From a virus (taxonomy: Duplodnaviria; Caudoviricetes), in the IMG/VR virus record IMGVR_UViG_3300042258_000071, positions 1-64,000 of that record: a DNA stretch of 64,000 nucleotides, one strand, 5' to 3'. The first letter of the stretch is position 1; each line of letters begins with the position of its first letter. The translations under genes were made by a program, and so were the position numbers. Of this stretch, positions 60,033-64,000 are shown one piece after another. Under the pieces are notes generated by a model, which was not told where the DNA came from, ran no database searches, and worked only from the letters and a program-made list of their open reading frames with translations.

Positions 60033-60869
60033 ATGAAAAAAGAAAACTTTTCAGATGAAGAAGTTAAGAATGCAGATTATGAACTTGAACGTTTAAACGA
60101 GTCTGTTATTAAGAACACTCTTATCACTTCAGATCACATTTATTTGGACCTTGCTCTCATTAAAGATCTTGAGATCGGAACAGTTATGGCAATGGCATCT
60201 CAGAGGGATGATGCATTTTGTGCAAATGTTTATAAGAAGATACAAGATGGGCTCCCTGCGTATAATAAACGCGTCTATAGTGATATCACCGGATATATAG
60301 ATCTTCCCTTCTCCCGTGAGGAAATCAATGATTACATGTACGACCCTAAAAACAGTGATCGCATTTTCCTATGTTCACCCTCAACTGCTTTTATTAAAGA
60401 ATTTGGTAAGAATCTCGTTGTCAACATCAACCATTCCTTTGTTGCAGATAAACGAAACATCCCAATTCGAGTACACATTAACACTCACCCTTTAACCTTA
60501 AGTGCAGAGTTTGGGAAAACCTTAACAGGGTTCATCGCGATGACGTTTGATGTGCATGCAACATATTTCTCACAAGACCCCATTGCAATTTCGTACAACC
60601 GATATCAGAAATTTGATGAGTTCTATTTTTATCATTTCTCACAATTTTCATTACATCCTAAGATTCATGAAAAATTAGGCTCTTTTCAAATGTTTGACAA
60701 GTATGTATATGCACTCGCATCTCTGGGACCTGTCATGGGGAAACTCCCTTCAAACCCTAAATATAAAGAAAAGTATGTTACAGAATCCTTCTTAAAGATT
60801 GAATCAGGATTTTTAGCAATTTTTAAACAATTTAAACTTATTAAACCAGAAATGTGCGCCCCTGTGTGA
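60033..60869 (+). CDS. conserved jumbo-phage hypothetical protein
   Basis: 278 aa; IYLDLALIKDLEIGT motif; GAGG SD. Confidence 0.65.
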   Translation: MKKENFSDEEVKNADYELERLNESVIKNTLITSDHIYLDLALIKDLEIGTVMAMASQRDDAFCANVYKKIQDGLPAYNKRVYSDITGYIDLPFSREEINDYMYDPKNSDRIFLCSPSTAFIKEFGKNLVVNINHSFVADKRNIPIRVHINTHPLTLSAEFGKTLTGFIAMTFDVHATYFSQDPIAISYNRYQKFDEFYFYHFSQFSLHPKIHEKLGSFQMFDKYVYALASLGPVMGKLPSNPKYKEKYVTESFLKIESGFLAIFKQFKLIKPEMCAPV

Positions 60870-60896
60870 CACCTTTCATAATAAGAGGTTTTATTT

Positions 60897-63800
60897 ATGG
60901 TAGAGACAGCCCCTAAAACAGCCCTTAAACCTTCCCCGTTAGACAGTCTCCTATCTCGATATACCAATGATACCGTTACTGTCAAAGAACCTCTTAACAG
61001 TGACGGTATTGCAAAAGAGAAATCCGCTAAAACGATCGATGCCGCATCATCTACACGGCGTCGGGATCAGGAACTTAAAAAGTTATCAACAGCCTCTATC
61101 ATCGACATGCAAAAGAATCTCATGAAGGCGGATTCTACGGGTCGCATGTATCAAATGATGGGAGAGTCTTCTCTTGATCGGGAGAATCATCGTCTTGATG
61201 AACTCTTAAGAGATCAGGATCGTGAGAGTCTTACTTCAACACGGTCTTTAGCATCTGGTGTTTTAGATGTTAAAGAAAGTGAGGCAACCCAAGCCATCAC
61301 CAAAGAGATGGAGCAGGTTCTTAAAACACAAGCACTTGCTTCTACTGCAACGTTTAAAGCATCTTCAACAACGAATTCTATTTTAAGAGAGCTCTACAAT
61401 TTCCATCACAGTGTTCAAACACAGTATATGGCAAATTCTTTAGGTCTCCAGTATCAGCAATTATATCTTTCTAAGGCACATGTCAAAGTCACTGAAACCG
61501 TCGGTGAAATGATTGAAGCTAAATTAGAAGCTATCAAACATAATACTGCATCTTCTGAATTGCGCAAACGCAGTGTTCTTGATGTTGCACGTGAGACTGT
61601 CTTAAAGAACATCATATCTAAAGTTGGAGAAAGTGTTTCTGAGAAATTTCTAGATACATTTGGACCTTGGATGCAGGAAAATATTGTTGAACCTGCTCGA
61701 GATATAAGTGCTGCTTATATGGAGTCGAACGTTCTAGGGGCTCAGACTGCGCGGGGCATTAGATCACGTGCTCAAGGAGCAAAAGATCGTCTGTCCCAAG
61801 GACGTGAAAATCTTGCTGAAAGTCTTCGAGCTTCTGGTATGACGGAGTCCGAATATCGAAAAACACGCGCAACAAAAACTCTTAATAATTTTGTAGACAA
61901 GGCCGGGGATATAACGAGTTCTGCTCGTGAGAAATTTAATACCCTTACAGGGCGACCTACAAATACCCCTTCTTCACAGACGGCTTCTTCAGAAGGACCC
62001 CCTGTGGAACGCCTTGGTCTTAAAGATGTCATCTCTTCAGCTAAAACACGTGTAACGGATGCCTACGAGAAAGTATCTGGTTCTGCAAACTCCGTTAGAG
62101 CGTTTGCAGATCAGGCGATGTCAAATTTAAATAAAGAACAATATACCCTTCTTAAAGACCAGATCACTGGTTATTCTAAGCAGCTTCGAGGATATGCTAA
62201 ATCACGAGCTGAACAGCTTAAAGAGGCAGCGCAAGTATTTAACAAACCAAATCTTAAATGGGAAGAACTTCAAGTTCTTAAAGATCATGTTTCTAAATAC
62301 ATTAAAAATACGCCATCGTCTCCTTTAGAACGCGACCCTTCTATACCACCTTATTCACAGGACATGTCTCCTGAGAACAGGATTTCTACATTTGAGGGAT
62401 TCGCAGCTAGTAATGCATCTGAATCTGACTCCTTAAAGAATAGTTGGAATGATCTAGCTGCTTCTGAAAAAGAAGAGTTTCTAAATCGTTTTGGGACGGA
62501 TGTCCCAGAGACACCTTCTCAGGCACCATCTAATTCTGGTAAGATTTCCCCCGATTATGATCTCTATAAGGCAACCTTAGATCCAGGAGCTTTCAACCGT
62601 GAAAGCATGGCTAATTTTGTTTCCGAAAAACATGATCAAAAAGAAGCTTCCCTAAGAGATGGATACGATTCTCTTACAGAAACTTTATCTGATAAACTTA
62701 AGAATGCTAAAATGTTTCAAGAAAGTGATGAGGATCTTAGACGCTCTACAGGGTTCTCGGGATATGATTCAAGTGACATTTTAGATATTCTAAATACTCT
62801 TAATGAAACAACTAAAACGTATGGTCAAGAATCCCTCGATCGTCAAGACAAGATTCTTGAAGTTCTCACCCTTATTGCTGCATCTGGAGGTATGGGATCT
62901 TCTGAGGATGGAGGAGGTTCTGGAACCCCTAACAAGCAAGGACTTCTGTCTAAACTTGGAGGTATCCTTGGAGGCACAGCGCGTTTCACTGGCAGACTCA
63001 CAGGTCTTGCAGCTAAAGGATATATGACTGCAGCAAGAGGTGGGTTATCTCTTAGTCGAGGAGCTCTAAATCTTGCAGCCTCCCCTTTCAGACAGAAGCT
63101 TAAAAATCCTTTCGTGGATGTTTACCGTAAAGATGATGTCCGATTTGGATACCCTTTAATTACATCTAAACAACTTCGTAAAGGACTTGTTTTTGTAGAC
63201 GGGGAACCTGTCGAACATGTTGCCGACATCGATCGTCCGGTTATAGATCCGCAAACACAAACAGTTCTTATTTCTAAAGAAGACATCGATGTTGGATTGG
63301 TAGATGTAAATGGTGTTGATGTTGGAAATCGAACCACTTCAGCTCTTGGAACCATTGGTAATCTTACAGGGTCTCTCTTTAAGACGGGTGGCCGTATGTT
63401 CTCTAATTTCTTCTCTGGTAAGAATCCATTATTTGGACTCTATGGTCAAATCTTTAAATCTGCCGCATCCATTATTGGTACTGTAACACCTGCCCTTACT
63501 AAAGGACTCCTTGGAGCTCTAGGGTTAGGGGTAAAAGCTGTTGGCGGTGTTGGTAAGGGACTTCTAAAACTCGCAGGTCCGCTTCTTGGTACTTACAAGG
63601 ATATGATTGGGGGATTCTTTGGGGGTGTCAAAGGAATTTTTGGAGCCATCTTTGGGGGTGGGAAGAAAGGGGGTATTGCAAAGAAAGATCTTGAAGAAGT
63701 GGTAGGTGATAAACTTATTGCGATCTATGACCTTCTCAATGCAAGACTGCCTAAGCGTATCGCTGGAGATACAGATGACGATGGCTATCGTGAAGGGTCC

Positions 63801-64000
63801 TGGCGGGAGTATCTTAGAGATCAAGAGAAGAAAAAGGAAGAGTCTGATAATCCGGGCGATACAGGGGCTGGTAAAAAAGGTCTCATTGCAGGTGCCCTTG
63901 GTAGTCTCACATCTCTTTTTGGTTCTAAAAAACAACCTTCTGATGCAGAGAGTGATGAAGACGATGATAGTGATTCTGGTATTCTTAAATGGCTAGGGGC
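60897..64000 (+). CDS. large tail protein, phiKZ gp181-like (tape-measure/lytic tail protein), 5' part running off the window
   Basis: ATG at 60897 after GAGG; frame still open at the window end and no terminated ORF in this frame in the track; SLGLQYQQL..KLEAIKHNT, DVYRK...DIDRPVID...ISKEDIDVGL and GDTDDDGYREGSW motifs; adjacent to the gp180-like gene. Confidence 0.8.
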   Translation, partial: MVETAPKTALKPSPLDSLLSRYTNDTVTVKEPLNSDGIAKEKSAKTIDAASSTRRRDQELKKLSTASIIDMQKNLMKADSTGRMYQMMGESSLDRENHRLDELLRDQDRESLTSTRSLASGVLDVKESEATQAITKEMEQVLKTQALASTATFKASSTTNSILRELYNFHHSVQTQYMANSLGLQYQQLYLSKAHVKVTETVGEMIEAKLEAIKHNTASSELRKRSVLDVARETVLKNIISKVGESVSEKFLDTFGPWMQENIVEPARDISAAYMESNVLGAQTARGIRSRAQGAKDRLSQGRENLAESLRASGMTESEYRKTRATKTLNNFVDKAGDITSSAREKFNTLTGRPTNTPSSQTASSEGPPVERLGLKDVISSAKTRVTDAYEKVSGSANSVRAFADQAMSNLNKEQYTLLKDQITGYSKQLRGYAKSRAEQLKEAAQVFNKPNLKWEELQVLKDHVSKYIKNTPSSPLERDPSIPPYSQDMSPENRISTFEGFAASNASESDSLKNSWNDLAASEKEEFLNRFGTDVPETPSQAPSNSGKISPDYDLYKATLDPGAFNRESMANFVSEKHDQKEASLRDGYDSLTETLSDKLKNAKMFQESDEDLRRSTGFSGYDSSDILDILNTLNETTKTYGQESLDRQDKILEVLTLIAASGGMGSSEDGGGSGTPNKQGLLSKLGGILGGTARFTGRLTGLAAKGYMTAARGGLSLSRGALNLAASPFRQKLKNPFVDVYRKDDVRFGYPLITSKQLRKGLVFVDGEPVEHVADIDRPVIDPQTQTVLISKEDIDVGLVDVNGVDVGNRTTSALGTIGNLTGSLFKTGGRMFSNFFSGKNPLFGLYGQIFKSAASIIGTVTPALTKGLLGALGLGVKAVGGVGKGLLKLAGPLLGTYKDMIGGFFGGVKGIFGAIFGGGKKGGIAKKDLEEVVGDKLIAIYDLLNARLPKRIAGDTDDDGYREGSWREYLRDQEKKKEESDNPGDTGAGKKGLIAGALGSLTSLFGSKKQPSDAESDEDDDSDSGILKWLG

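Noticed and set aside
61772-63996. Short ORFs called within the last 2.3 kb
   Set aside because: They overlap the long open gp181-like frame on other frames or the opposite strand
1-64000. Stop-codon reassignment, tRNA/rRNA genes, IS elements or integrase
   Set aside because: Coding density is high in the standard code with TAA, TAG and TGA all ending genes before hairpins; no cloverleafs, transposase or recombinase motifs were recognised by eye

Overview
This window looks like part of a phiKZ-like (Chimalliviridae-type, probably nucleus-forming) jumbo phage genome; family assignments rest on motif recognition and gene order, not database searches. Left part: the non-virion RNA polymerase block (C-terminal tail of a ChmC-like gene, gp68-like specificity subunit, PicA/gp69-like, gp70-like, split beta, beta', SF2 helicase) plus a baseplate spike. 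Middle: protease-matured internal head proteins, dCTP deaminase, an Acb1-like 2H phosphoesterase, a minus-strand tail/baseplate operon, and early accessory genes (membrane-protein cluster, Nudix/multi-HTH/ParB trio). Right: virion RNAP beta and beta' genes and the 5' 3.1 kb of a gp181-like tail protein that the ORF track missed. Two features stand out. (1) Three related, ORF-less group I introns, not resolved by the ORF track, each interrupt a conserved active-site motif of an RNAP subunit: 10922-11364 (+) DRFGT|KG, 51741-52095 (-) QDD|GKR and 57899-58261 (-) GAD|YDGD. Compensatory changes in P1, P7, P9.0 and P9 fix the splice sites. (2) Three tandem tail-collar proteins each carry an inserted 7-bladed beta-propeller built from near-identical 129-bp units (21 blades in total), with a constant framework, hypervariable loops and signs of blade conversion or shuffling; this is a candidate recombination-driven receptor-diversification system. 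A ~290-nt structured intergenic RNA candidate lies at 25361-25650.
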